NCBI GenBank assembly: GCA_963746475.1
Contig: CAVVBB010000002.1
Location: 390,639 to 454,638, forward strand
Reading direction: 5' to 3'
From: an uncultured delta proteobacterium
GTDB taxonomy: Bacteria > Myxococcota_A > Polyangia > Polyangiales > Houyiibacteriaceae
DNA length: 64,000 nt
In this document: one piece after another, positions 28,300 through 37,196 of the stretch
Layout of the letters: each line of letters begins with the position of its first letter
How positions within the stretch are numbered: the first letter of the stretch is position 1
Notes under the pieces: generated by a model
Database searches by the model: none
Seen by the model: the letters and a program-made list of their open reading frames with translations, nothing else
What the model was told of the DNA's origin: nothing
Translations under genes and position numbers: made by a program

Positions 28300-29082
28300 T
28301 CAGTCGGGCTCGCAGCCCCGCAGACTACCGTCGAGCGCGCGCATGCGCTCGATGCGGTCTCGGCTGAGTGGGTGCGTACGGAGCCAGACGCCGCCGTCGC
28401 CTTCTCTGTGCTCCTCGCGGCAAGCCCACTCGAAGAACTCGGTGGCCCCTTCGGTCGAGTCGAAATGACGCTGCACAAGCCGAAAGCCGAAGTCGTCCGC
28501 CTCATACTCCGCTTTTCGGGAGTAGCGCCGGCCCGCCAGCAGCGCACCGGTTTCGATGAGCTCGGCGCCTCCGGCTTGCCCGAACATCAGGGCCACTGCG
28601 GAATGCTGCAACAGCCCGCGTCCGAGTCCCCGCAGTACGTGGCGCTTACTGTGGTGGCCCAGCTCGTGCGCGAGCACCATGGCCAGCCCGGTCTGGCTCT
28701 TCACCGTGTCGAGCAGCCCCGCCGTGACGCCCACGCCGCCACCGGGGACGGCGAAGGCGTTCGGCTCCGGCATGTCCATCAAGAACAATCGATACGGCAA
28801 CTGCCGCAGCGCCTCGTCTTTCAGAAGCTCTGCGAAGAGGGTCTGAGCTTCGCCGAAGCGCGGGTGCTCCGTTTCGGTGTCACCGAGCTCGACGGCGAAC
28901 CAACGCGCCTCGAGCTCGTCCGGGATCGACATGGCCACTGCTTCGGCCAGCCAGCCGAGAAGGATGTAGCCGCCGATCAGCAAGCTTGCGGCGCTCACGA
29001 CGAGCTTGAGACGGTCGAAGGCCGAAGCGCGCCCGCGCGAGATGTCTGCAGTCTCTTCGAGCGCTTTGGGCTCAAACTTCAT
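28300..29082 (-). CDS. M48 family zinc metallopeptidase
   Basis: 260 aa. N-terminal TM helix, HELGHH zinc motif and a downstream EYEADDFG. The start overlaps the upstream stop by 11 nt. Confidence 0.8.
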   Translation of the reverse strand: MKFEPKALEETADISRGRASAFDRLKLVVSAASLLIGGYILLGWLAEAVAMSIPDELEARWFAVELGDTETEHPRFGEAQTLFAELLKDEALRQLPYRLFLMDMPEPNAFAVPGGGVGVTAGLLDTVKSQTGLAMVLAHELGHHSKRHVLRGLGRGLLQHSAVALMFGQAGGAELIETGALLAGRRYSRKAEYEADDFGFRLVQRHFDSTEGATEFFEWACREEHREGDGGVWLRTHPLSRDRIERMRALDGSLRGCEPD

Positions 29083-29575
29083 GCGTGGTCGGCCTCGCCT
29101 CCGGCTGGCCTGCGGGCGCGAACTTCACCGCCGTCGCGTACGCCAGGACTTCCACCGTCCCGATGGCCTCCCGGCCCGTGCTGCTCGAGATCGACGAGGT
29201 TTGCAGACGCATGTTGAGATACGCATCCGCGTCCGGTGCCGACTCCTTCATTCTCAGGATCGCTTCGCGCCGCGCACGGTCGATGAGAGAGGCGTAAGAT
29301 TGAATTTCCCCGCCAAAAAGCATCCGCAGGGCGCTCATGAAGCGCTTGAAGTGGTCGATCGAGATGACGACCGAGCCGCAGGCCATCTCGGCGCCACGGA
29401 CGCGAAGCTCGGGATCGTACTGTTTCGACGAAAGCGCGGGTCGGCTCAGGAACTTCTGTTCGCGCGCCTTGATGTCGTTGTAATGACGGCGCTCGGTGTT
29501 CGTCCCGACAAACCAGCCGAGGGCGACCAAGGCAAGGGGAAGCCCCAGCTCCAAGAAGACGAGGGAATCGCCCAT
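29072..29575 (-). CDS. membrane-anchored YbjQ (UPF0145/DUF74) domain protein
   Basis: ATG at 29575 overlaps the upstream stop (ATGA). N-terminal TM helix LELGLPLALVALGWFV. YbjQ-like core: GSVVISIDHFKRFMSALRMLFGGEIQSYASLIDRARREAILRMKE...VEVLAYATAV. Confidence 0.7.
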   Translation of the reverse strand: MGDSLVFLELGLPLALVALGWFVGTNTERRHYNDIKAREQKFLSRPALSSKQYDPELRVRGAEMACGSVVISIDHFKRFMSALRMLFGGEIQSYASLIDRARREAILRMKESAPDADAYLNMRLQTSSISSSTGREAIGTVEVLAYATAVKFAPAGQPEARPTTHEV

Positions 29576-29904
29576 CACTCGACCACGACTGCAGTCCCGT
29601 AACACAGGATCTCCGAGGCGCCCTGCGCCACCGAAGAGGTCGTGAACCGCACGTTGATGACGGCGTTGGCACCGAGCTCGCGCGCCTGGGCGACCATGCG
29701 ACTCGTGGCCTCCGAGCGGCTCTCTTGAAGCAGGTCCGTGTAACCCTTTAGCTCACCCCCCACGATGTTCTTGAGCCCGGCGAGGAAATCCGTCCCAACG
29801 TGCTTCGCCCGAATCGTGCTTCCCTGAACCAGTCCGAAGTGACGGACGATGCGATGCCCTGGCACGCTGTCGATGTTCGTCAGAATCAAACCCCTCATGC
29901 TCAC
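29575..29904 (-). CDS. YbjQ family protein (UPF0145)
   Basis: 109 aa. GLVQGSTIRAKHVGTDFLAGLKNIVGGELKGYTDLLQESRSEATSRMVAQARELGANAVINVRF..ILCYGTAVVV is canonical for YbjQ. Confidence 0.8.
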   Translation of the reverse strand: MSMRGLILTNIDSVPGHRIVRHFGLVQGSTIRAKHVGTDFLAGLKNIVGGELKGYTDLLQESRSEATSRMVAQARELGANAVINVRFTTSSVAQGASEILCYGTAVVVE

Positions 29905-29930
29905 CCCCGTGTCTCTGCCTTTTTAGCACA

Positions 29931-29976
29931 CTGACTGGAGGTCTCCCCTCGCCTCGTCGAGGAGCCCTCCAGTCAG
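29931..29976 (-). terminator. stem-loop between the lipoprotein gene and the ybjQ operon (possible terminator)
   Basis: CTGACTGGAGG (29931-29941) pairs with CCTCCAGTCAG (29966-29976), with inner pairing CCTCG..CGAGG. No clear U-tract. Confidence 0.35.
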
Positions 29977-29987
29977 GAGCTCGCGGG

Positions 29988-30356
29988 TCATCGGGGCAGC
30001 ATCGCGGTCTGCTGTCCCGCGGCCTCGCTCATGAGCGGATGCTGCGGGGCGATTCGATACCAGCGTGCCGGTCCGGAAGCGCCAGCGCTGGTCTGCTTCG
30101 AGTCGAGGACGATGGGGAAGTCTCGATAGGAGGGGACTGCGGAGCCCCAGCCGGCCGGCTTGGAACCTGCCGTCTGGCTCTGGCCCGACTCGATGACGAG
30201 AGGGAAGTCGCGGTAGGACGGGGGCGGAGAGCTGGCGACCTGGCGCATGTTCACGGCAAGGGCCGTGCTCGAGCCACGGACGGCGTGACCCGTGTTGGAG
30301 CAGGCTGTCATACCGATTGCGAGGGCAGTTCCGATGATGGGGAGTAGTTTATTCAT
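29988..30356 (-). CDS. hypothetical lipoprotein with internal repeat
   Basis: 122 aa. Signal and lipobox: LPIIGTALAIGMTAC. PSYRDFP(L/I)V(I/L)(E/D)S occurs twice (30186-30221 and 30099-30134). Confidence 0.6.
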   Translation of the reverse strand: MNKLLPIIGTALAIGMTACSNTGHAVRGSSTALAVNMRQVASSPPPSYRDFPLVIESGQSQTAGSKPAGWGSAVPSYRDFPIVLDSKQTSAGASGPARWYRIAPQHPLMSEAAGQQTAMLPR

Positions 30357-30387
30357 GACGACCTCCGATGTGAGTCACGCAAGGTGT

Positions 30388-30420
30388 GTATGCTGCGTAT
30401 ACTTTGTATACGACGCATAC
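30388..30420. promoter_or_regulatory. imperfect inverted repeat GTATGCTGCGTATAC-TTT-GTATACGACGCATAC, candidate TetR operator
   Basis: 15-nt arms with 12 of 15 positions complementary. It sits in the AT-richer divergent region between the lipoprotein gene and the TetR gene. Confidence 0.5.
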
Positions 30421-30475
30421 ATCGAATGTCAACGATGTTTACAAAAGCAGCGCCAGGACTTACGCTGAGGAGAAG

Positions 30476-31072
30476 ATGGCAGCCAAAAAGTCTTATCATC
30501 ACGGACAATTACAGGAGGCTCTCCTCGAGTCGGCCGAAGCTTCGCTCGAGCAGCACGGGCCCAGCGGGCTCTCTCTGCGCAAGCTCGGCCGAGAGCTCGG
30601 CGTGACCCCTGGCGCCCCGTATCGTCACTTTGCGGACAAGGAAGCGCTGCTCGGGGCGCTCGGCGCCCGCGGCTTCGACCGGCTCCGCGAGATGATGCTC
30701 GAACAGATGCGAGGCGAGGACGACCCGGCAGAGCGCCTCCGCCTCGCGGGTATCGCCTATCTATCGTTCGCGTCGGCGCATCCTCAGCTCTTTCGCCTCA
30801 TGTTCGGCTGGATGCCGACGCAGGACTGTGAGGCGGTGCACGAGGCCGGTGCCCAGGCCTTCGGAGTGCTGCAAGCCACCTTGGACGCCGCCGAGGCGGC
30901 GGACCAGCTTCGGCTCTCTGCGCACGATGCCGCGCTCGTCGTCTGGAGCGCCATTCACGGAGCGGCCTTCTTGCTCATCGACGGTGGCCTCGCCAAGTTC
31001 GAGCTCGAGGGGAATGTCGTCGCGCTCGGCAACCGCATTCACGCGGACCTCTGGACAGGCATCGGCAAATAG
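30476..31072 (+). CDS. TetR/AcrR family transcriptional regulator
   Basis: ATG at 30476 follows GAGGAGAAG. HTH: LSLRKLGRELGVTPGAPYRHFADKEALL. Confidence 0.85.
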   Translation: MAAKKSYHHGQLQEALLESAEASLEQHGPSGLSLRKLGRELGVTPGAPYRHFADKEALLGALGARGFDRLREMMLEQMRGEDDPAERLRLAGIAYLSFASAHPQLFRLMFGWMPTQDCEAVHEAGAQAFGVLQATLDAAEAADQLRLSAHDAALVVWSAIHGAAFLLIDGGLAKFELEGNVVALGNRIHADLWTGIGK

Positions 31073-31139
31073 AAGCCAGCCGCGAAGATGGCTTGGAGCT
31101 CGAGTTGCCCGCCGGGCGTCGAGCCCGCAGCTTTGGCCG

Positions 31140-31496
31140 ATGAAGGTCTACCAGTACCCCAACTGCAGCACCTGCCGAAAAGCAGTGAAGTTCCTGCGGG
31201 ACGCCGGCCTGGCGTTCGAGCTACAGGACATCGTCACCGACCCTCCATCCAAGGCGCAGCTCAAAAAGGCTCACGCGCTGTCGGGACTTCCGCTCAAGAA
31301 GCTCTTCAACACTTCTGGCCAGAGCTACCGTAGCGGCAGCTACAAGGAGAAGCTGCCCGCCATGAGCGACGATGAGGCGCTGTCCGCCTTGGCCGCCGAC
31401 GGCAAGCTCATCAAGCGGCCGCTGCTCGTAGACGGGGAGCTCGTTCTCGTGGGTTTTCGCGAGGCGCAGTGGCGCGAGGCCCTCGGGATCGAATAG
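31140..31496 (+). CDS. ArsC/Spx/MgsR family protein (YffB-like)
   Basis: 118 aa. MKVYQYPNCSTCRKAVKFL...LIKRPLLV is typical of the ArsC family. Confidence 0.8.
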   Translation: MKVYQYPNCSTCRKAVKFLRDAGLAFELQDIVTDPPSKAQLKKAHALSGLPLKKLFNTSGQSYRSGSYKEKLPAMSDDEALSALAADGKLIKRPLLVDGELVLVGFREAQWREALGIE

Positions 31497-31568
31497 CCTC
31501 GGGTCCGTTCGGCTCGCGCCGGCTGGGCAGGCATGTGAGCGTCGCGGCGGGCGAGGGCAGCCGTTGCG

Positions 31569-32558
31569 TCACTTGCCGTTCATCGCGAGACGAGTCTTCG
31601 TCGTCATACTGACGATCTGCTGCTGTCCGTCAGGGCCCTGCGCCGACGCCCCCATCATGCTCGAAATCTGGGTGTCGTAAGACACCGGGACGAGCTGGCT
31701 CAGCTTCACGACGGCCTTCCCTCTGCCGCTCGCACTATACACGCCGAGCCGATAGCGGGCCGCCGTGCCCCCGCCGGGTGGGCTGACGACCTGCGGGTCG
31801 GCACTTTGCATGATGTCGAGCCCGAGGCGTACCGTTCCCTCTTCGATGCTCTTCACGTCGACGGTCGTGATTTCGGCGACGCGAATTCCGTTTTCCTCGA
31901 TTTCGCGGGTGACCGTCCACTGGGCGCCTTTGCCTAGCTCTTGTTCCGGAATCGGAAGGGTTAGCGAGTGCAGGGATCGCTTGATGCCATCGGCCATTCG
32001 AACGCTGGTCGAGGTCGCGGACGCTGGCGTTTCCATCTCGACGTTCGTGACCGCGCCCCGCGAATCGATCGACAAGCTTCCTTCCGCGCCTTGAAGGGCC
32101 GCCAGTGAATCTCGGATCTGCGCGTTCGCCGCGTTCGAGCCTTCTTCGGACTCGGCGCGCGCAATGCGGAAAGCGGCGCGTGTGCTTCCGTCCTCGGCCA
32201 CTTCCTCGATGACGATCGCGAGCTGGTAGCTCACGGAAGGATCCGGCGTCTCAGGTATGATCTGACTCGGAAGGTCTGCCTGAACGGTCGACTTCGTTCG
32301 GATGTTCAGCTCGTGCTTGGCTCCCTTTTGGAATCGCCATCGGAGCTTCTTGCGTGGAGGTTCGCCCGCGGAGACGAGCTCGACGCTTGCCAGCTGCGGG
32401 GCGGCGGCCGCGGGCTTGGCGGGCCTCTTTGGCTTGGGTGCGTCGGGCGCCGCCGTCTTTGGCTCCGTGCTGCTCGGTTCGACCACGGGTTCGGGTGTTT
32501 CGGTTTTCTTCGAGCAGGCCAGCGCCAGCACAGCAACCAAGACCGTGGCGTATCGCAT
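31569..32558 (-). CDS. hypothetical probable lipoprotein
   Basis: Start chosen at ATG 32558: MRYATVLVAVLALACSKK. A Pro/Ala/Lys-rich linker precedes a beta-rich domain. No family recognised. Confidence 0.55.
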   Translation of the reverse strand: MRYATVLVAVLALACSKKTETPEPVVEPSSTEPKTAAPDAPKPKRPAKPAAAAPQLASVELVSAGEPPRKKLRWRFQKGAKHELNIRTKSTVQADLPSQIIPETPDPSVSYQLAIVIEEVAEDGSTRAAFRIARAESEEGSNAANAQIRDSLAALQGAEGSLSIDSRGAVTNVEMETPASATSTSVRMADGIKRSLHSLTLPIPEQELGKGAQWTVTREIEENGIRVAEITTVDVKSIEEGTVRLGLDIMQSADPQVVSPPGGGTAARYRLGVYSASGRGKAVVKLSQLVPVSYDTQISSMMGASAQGPDGQQQIVSMTTKTRLAMNGK

Positions 32559-32656
32559 GCCACTATCTATCACAGGCGTAGCCTCGGCGATCAGTGAAAT
32601 TCGCCTTCCCATTGCCGCGTTGGACGCTCGCCCTCTGCGGCCGCTAGACTGTGAGA

Positions 32657-33334
32657 ATGGGCGGGAGAATCGGTGGACCAAGGACCGTCGTAGTCCTTTG
32701 TGCGTTGCTCGGGGGAGCGGGTTGCACGGACAGCTTCGAGCTTCCCGATTGGCCGCCCGACTGGCTTCCCGATTGGGTGCTGGGTCTGTGCGACTCGCAG
32801 AGCGGTGACGAGCGCGAGGCTGCACTGGACCTGCGTTCGAGGCCTGAGAATTCGACCGCTCACACCGAGACCGAGGTGCTCAGCTTCAAAGACGTGCTGT
32901 TCGACGAGAAGCTGTCACACGAACAGCGGATTCAGGCATTTGCCGAGCTGGACCCCGGCGCGCTCCGGACCCGGGTCGTGCCCATCAACAGTGCCCCTAT
33001 GGGCCAGGCCGAAATGCGTCCGAGGCAACGCACTCAGGCAGAGCGCCCTTCATCTTCCGGGCTTCAAGGTGCCCGACGGAACGTCGCGATCACCATGTAC
33101 TCGACGAGCTGGTGCGGCGTCTGCAAACTCGCTCGCAAATACATGAAGGACAAGGGCATCTCGTTCGTGGAGCACGACGTGGACCAGAATGCGGGCGCGC
33201 GCGCCGCGTACCAGAGGCTCAATCCGCGCCAGAGCGTTCCGACCATCCAGATCGATGACGAGGTGCTCGTCGGGTTCGCTCCGCAGAACCTCGAAGCCGC
33301 CATCGACCGTGCAGCGGCCAAGCGCTCGCGCTAG
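32657..33334 (+). CDS. probable lipoprotein with C-terminal glutaredoxin-like domain
   Basis: Signal: VVVLCALLGGAGC. (L/P)PDW occurs three times. The C-terminal VAITMYSTSWCGVCKLARKYMKDKGISFVEHDVD...VPTIQIDDEVLVGF is a Grx/thioredoxin fold with a CxxC motif. Confidence 0.7.
   Translation: MGGRIGGPRTVVVLCALLGGAGCTDSFELPDWPPDWLPDWVLGLCDSQSGDEREAALDLRSRPENSTAHTETEVLSFKDVLFDEKLSHEQRIQAFAELDPGALRTRVVPINSAPMGQAEMRPRQRTQAERPSSSGLQGARRNVAITMYSTSWCGVCKLARKYMKDKGISFVEHDVDQNAGARAAYQRLNPRQSVPTIQIDDEVLVGFAPQNLEAAIDRAAAKRSR
32741..32776 (+). repeat. tandem 12-nt repeat x3 (CTTCCCGATTGG / CCGCCCGACTGG / CTTCCCGATTGG) encoding PDW x3
   Basis: Read directly; it lies inside the glutaredoxin-lipoprotein gene. 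Confidence 0.9.
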
Positions 33335-33343
33335 CCGCGTTGC

Positions 33344-34795
33344 CTATCCCGCCGAGGCGAGCAGCTCCTCGAAGAGGGTGGCGTAGGCCAGCAAGTGCCG
33401 AGTACCGAGGAATTCCTCTCGGACACGCTCGCGCGCCGCATCGCCCATGTGCCGCCGGGTTGCCGGATCCTCCAGCAGACGGCGCATGGCCCCGGCCAGC
33501 GCGTCGAGGTCGCTGGGGTCATCGAGCAGAATTCCATGGACGCCGTCCTCGACCTGATCTTGGATTCCCCCGACGCGGCTCGCGATCATGGGTCGCGCCT
33601 TCCACATGGCTTCGGTCACGGTGAGCCCGAAGCCTTCGCGCAGGCTCTTTTGGACGACGATCGCCGCGTGCCTCTGAAGCGCGTTGACGATGGCCGCATT
33701 CTCCTCGATGTCATCCATCGGCAGCAAGACCAAGTGGACATGCTCTCGGATCCCGTCCGGCAGAGCGCGCCAAGCGGCGACCGTGTCGTCGAACACCTGC
33801 GGGGCCTCGGGGTCGTCGGCGACCGAGCGGACGTCGGGTCCGGCCAGCACCAGCGCCGCATCCAGTTCGGGGGACTGCTCGAGCATCTTTGCGAAGCCGA
33901 GCATGACGCCCTTCATGTCCTTGAGCGGGTCCCAGCGCGAGACCTGCACGATAAGTGGCGTCTCCCAATCGGGAGGCTCGCCGGAGCGGATGACTTCGGC
34001 CTTGCGCTCCACGCGGCCCGGTGTCCCATCGGTGCGAATGAAGCGGAAGCTCTGTCTCTGCGGGATGGGGCCCGCCACCAGTCCGGTGTGAACTAGCGTG
34101 GTTTGTACGAAACCGTCATCCAGCTCGAGGTTCTTCGGCGAAAACGCGTCGATGCTCGGGGGCACAATCGCAATGCGCTCGCGATCACACCAGCTCGGCA
34201 CATACGCCTCGCGCGAAAAAACCAAGGCCGGAACCTCTTCGAGATAAGGGCGAAGAAAGCCCCAAGCGCGTTTCGACTCCTTGCTCGGAGTATCCTCGCC
34301 GATGTGACAGCGCCAGATCACGATCGCGCCCTGGTCCATCAGTGCCTTCGCCATGCCCGCCGGCTGGGGATCGTGCAGGAGGACGATGTCTCCGGGTCGG
34401 ACCCGGGGGCAGAGCTCGGCCGCATTATCACTCAGGACCGCCTCGTATACGGCACGTTCCGCGTCTCCTAGAGGCGAACCATCTCCCTTCTGGCCGTGAA
34501 TCGCGTGGTGAAGGCGCTTGGTGATCTTGTAGAATTCCGGCGTCCCGCTGATCACCACCCAGCGCGTGTCGATCCCGAGTCCACGGGTATACGCGAGCAG
34601 CGACTGGAGCATCTCTGCGACACCCCCGCCGGCAGCCGTGGAGTTGACGTTCCAGACAGTCCGCCCGTCGAGCAGCTCTCCGATTTCATCGGCGCGCGCC
34701 AGGAAATCCTCGACGTAGACATCGCCCAGCACGTCGGCGAACCGTTGAACCTCGTGAACGCCCACGTGGACGTCTTGAATCTTGTTCGAGTCCAT
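33344..34795 (-). CDS. GT4 glycosyltransferase, TreT (trehalose synthase)-like
   Basis: Start chosen at ATG 34795. RTVWNVNSTAAGGGVAEMLQSLL..GIDTRWVVI..FYKITKRLHHAIHG resembles the TreT-type N-terminal domain. The C-terminal GT1 motif is SLREGFGLTVTEAMW. Confidence 0.65.
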   Translation of the reverse strand: MDSNKIQDVHVGVHEVQRFADVLGDVYVEDFLARADEIGELLDGRTVWNVNSTAAGGGVAEMLQSLLAYTRGLGIDTRWVVISGTPEFYKITKRLHHAIHGQKGDGSPLGDAERAVYEAVLSDNAAELCPRVRPGDIVLLHDPQPAGMAKALMDQGAIVIWRCHIGEDTPSKESKRAWGFLRPYLEEVPALVFSREAYVPSWCDRERIAIVPPSIDAFSPKNLELDDGFVQTTLVHTGLVAGPIPQRQSFRFIRTDGTPGRVERKAEVIRSGEPPDWETPLIVQVSRWDPLKDMKGVMLGFAKMLEQSPELDAALVLAGPDVRSVADDPEAPQVFDDTVAAWRALPDGIREHVHLVLLPMDDIEENAAIVNALQRHAAIVVQKSLREGFGLTVTEAMWKARPMIASRVGGIQDQVEDGVHGILLDDPSDLDALAGAMRRLLEDPATRRHMGDAARERVREEFLGTRHLLAYATLFEELLASAG

Positions 34796-34913
34796 ACCTG
34801 CGCATCGTAGGGCAAGTGCGCTCCGAGCCGAAATGAAGAGGCTTTGCGGGTCCACGCGCCGGAGCCGGTGCGTGCTGGCAGCCCGCGGGGGCCTCTGCTA
34901 ACACCCGGCTCGA

Positions 34914-36740
34914 ATGCATATCCTCGGAATCTCGGCGTATTACCACGACAGCGCGGCTGCTCTGGTGTCCGACGGAAAGATTGTGGCTGCCGCCCAGGAG
35001 GAGCGCTTCACGCGCAAGAAGCACGACTACGGTTTTCCGCAGCACTCCATCGACTATTGCCTGCGCGAAGCGGGGATCGGCCGCAATGACGTCGACCTGG
35101 TCGTCTTCTACGACAAGCCCCTGCTCAAGTTCGAGCGCTTGCTCGAGACCTACGTTTCCTACTCGCCAGCAGGGTTCAAGCTCTTCCTGATGGGGCTGCC
35201 GCTCTGGCTGAAGCAAAAGCTTCACATTCCGCGCGAGCTTCGCAAAGGGCTTGGCGGAGAGTACGAAGGGCGATTCGTGTTCCTCGAACACCACGAGTCG
35301 CATGCGGCGAGTGCATTTTTCCCGTCGCCATTCGACGAGGCGGCCATTCTGACGATGGACGGCGTCGGCGAGTGGGCGACCGCAAGCATCGGCGTCGGGC
35401 GCGGCAATCAAATCGAGCTGCTCAAGGAGCTTCGCTTTCCGCACTCGCTCGGCCTGCTCTATTCCGCGTTCACGTACTTCACTGGGTTTCGCGTCAACAG
35501 TGGCGAGTACAAGCTGATGGGTCTCGCGCCGTACGGAAGACCCGTCTACAAAGACGTCATCATGAAGGAGTTGATCGACCTCAAAGAGGACGGCTCTTTT
35601 CGGATGAACATGGACTACTTCGGCTTTTGCTACCGCGACCGCATGACCTCGCCGAAGATGGACGAGCTGTTCGGCGGCCCGCCGAGAGCCGCCGAGTCGG
35701 AGCTCACGCAGCGAGAGATGGACATCGCGGCATCGATTCAAGCCGTCACGGAGGAAGTCGTGCTCCGGATGGCGCGCCACGCGCACGAGCTGACCGGCCT
35801 CGACAAGCTCACGATGGCCGGCGGGGTTGCGCTGAACTGCGTCGCGAATGGGCGTGTGCTCCGCGAGGGGCCGTTCGATGAAGTCTGGATCCAGCCCGCG
35901 GCCGGCGATGCCGGTGGCGCTCTAGGGGCGGCGCTTTTCGCTTGGTATCAGTTGCTCGACAAGCCGCGCGACAACGGGGGCAAAGACGCTCAGCAGGGCT
36001 CCTTGCTCGGGCCGCACTACGATGACCCGGACATCCGGCGTCGCCTGGATGCGCAGGGCGCGGTGTACGAGTACTGCGAGACCGAGGAACAGCTCGCAGA
36101 GCTCGTGGCCACTCTCCTCGCGGAGCAAAATGTCGTCGGGCACATGGGCGGACGCATGGAGTTCGGACCCCGTGCGCTCGGGAGCCGCTCCATCCTGGGG
36201 GACGCACGCTCGTCCGAGATGCAGTCCACGATGAACTTGAAGATCAAGTTTCGCGAATCGTTCCGCCCCTTCGCGCCGGCGATTTTGCGCGAGCACGTCG
36301 ACGAGTTCTTCGAGATGCGTCCGAACGAGGACAGTCCCTACATGCTCTTGGTCGCCCCCGTGAAGGAAGCCAGGCGTCTCGAGGTCGACGAGGAAGCGAC
36401 CGGTCTGAAAAAGCTTCAGCAAAGCCGCTCTGTCGTTCCGGCCGTCACACACGTCGACTACTCGGCGCGCGTGCAGACGGTCGACGGGGAGCGTCACCCG
36501 CACTTCGCTCGGATTCTCGAAGCCTTCTACGCCAAGACCGGCTGCCCGGTGCTGATCAACACGAGCTTCAACGTGCGGGGTGAGCCCATCGTCAACACGC
36601 CCGAAGATGCTTACCGATGCTTCATGGGCACCAACATGGACGCACTCGTGATTGAGAACTTCGTGCTGCGGAAGTCGGCGCAGCCGAACGCGATGCAAAT
36701 CGACCGCAACGCTTACCTCAAGCAGTTCGCGCTGGACTAA
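34914..36740 (+). CDS. carbamoyltransferase, NodU/CmcH family
   Basis: 608 aa. MHILGISAYYHDSAAALVSDGKIVAAAQEERFTRKKHDYGFP; C-terminal LINTSFNVRGEPIV. Confidence 0.9.
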   Translation: MHILGISAYYHDSAAALVSDGKIVAAAQEERFTRKKHDYGFPQHSIDYCLREAGIGRNDVDLVVFYDKPLLKFERLLETYVSYSPAGFKLFLMGLPLWLKQKLHIPRELRKGLGGEYEGRFVFLEHHESHAASAFFPSPFDEAAILTMDGVGEWATASIGVGRGNQIELLKELRFPHSLGLLYSAFTYFTGFRVNSGEYKLMGLAPYGRPVYKDVIMKELIDLKEDGSFRMNMDYFGFCYRDRMTSPKMDELFGGPPRAAESELTQREMDIAASIQAVTEEVVLRMARHAHELTGLDKLTMAGGVALNCVANGRVLREGPFDEVWIQPAAGDAGGALGAALFAWYQLLDKPRDNGGKDAQQGSLLGPHYDDPDIRRRLDAQGAVYEYCETEEQLAELVATLLAEQNVVGHMGGRMEFGPRALGSRSILGDARSSEMQSTMNLKIKFRESFRPFAPAILREHVDEFFEMRPNEDSPYMLLVAPVKEARRLEVDEEATGLKKLQQSRSVVPAVTHVDYSARVQTVDGERHPHFARILEAFYAKTGCPVLINTSFNVRGEPIVNTPEDAYRCFMGTNMDALVIENFVLRKSAQPNAMQIDRNAYLKQFALD

Positions 36741-36741
36741 C

Positions 36742-37188
36742 ATGGCTAAACTCGTCGACCTCAACCTCAACCCGGACGACCGCACTCTTCGGCAGTTCGG
36801 CCTCATCGCGCTGCTCGGATTTGGCGCTCTGGCGGCGCTCGCTTACTACGAGAAGCTGGTCTTCTCCTTTGGGCTCGGCGAGGCGCGCGTCCCGCTCGCG
36901 GCCGCGCTCGCCGGACTCGGCCTGCTGTCGGCCATGTTCTCACTGGTCGCGCCCCGACTGAACCGCTTCTTGTTCGTCGGGCTGAGCGTGCTGGCGTATC
37001 CGATCGGCTTCGTTCTGTCTCACCTGATCATGGGTGCCTTGTTCTTCCTCGTCATCGGCCCCGTTGCGGTCATCTTCCGCTTGCTTGGCCGCGACTCGAT
37101 GCACCGAAGCTACGACCCGGAAGCCACGAGCTACTGGTCTCCCGTCGAACCCCGACGAAGCAAGGAAAGCTACTTCCATCAGTATTGA
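36742..37188 (+). CDS. SxtJ family membrane protein
   Basis: ATG lies 2 nt after the carbamoyltransferase stop. 148 aa with 3-4 TM helices. Size and position match the SxtJ-like genes that follow such carbamoyltransferases. Confidence 0.6.
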   Translation: MAKLVDLNLNPDDRTLRQFGLIALLGFGALAALAYYEKLVFSFGLGEARVPLAAALAGLGLLSAMFSLVAPRLNRFLFVGLSVLAYPIGFVLSHLIMGALFFLVIGPVAVIFRLLGRDSMHRSYDPEATSYWSPVEPRRSKESYFHQY

Positions 37189-37196
37189 GGTTGATC

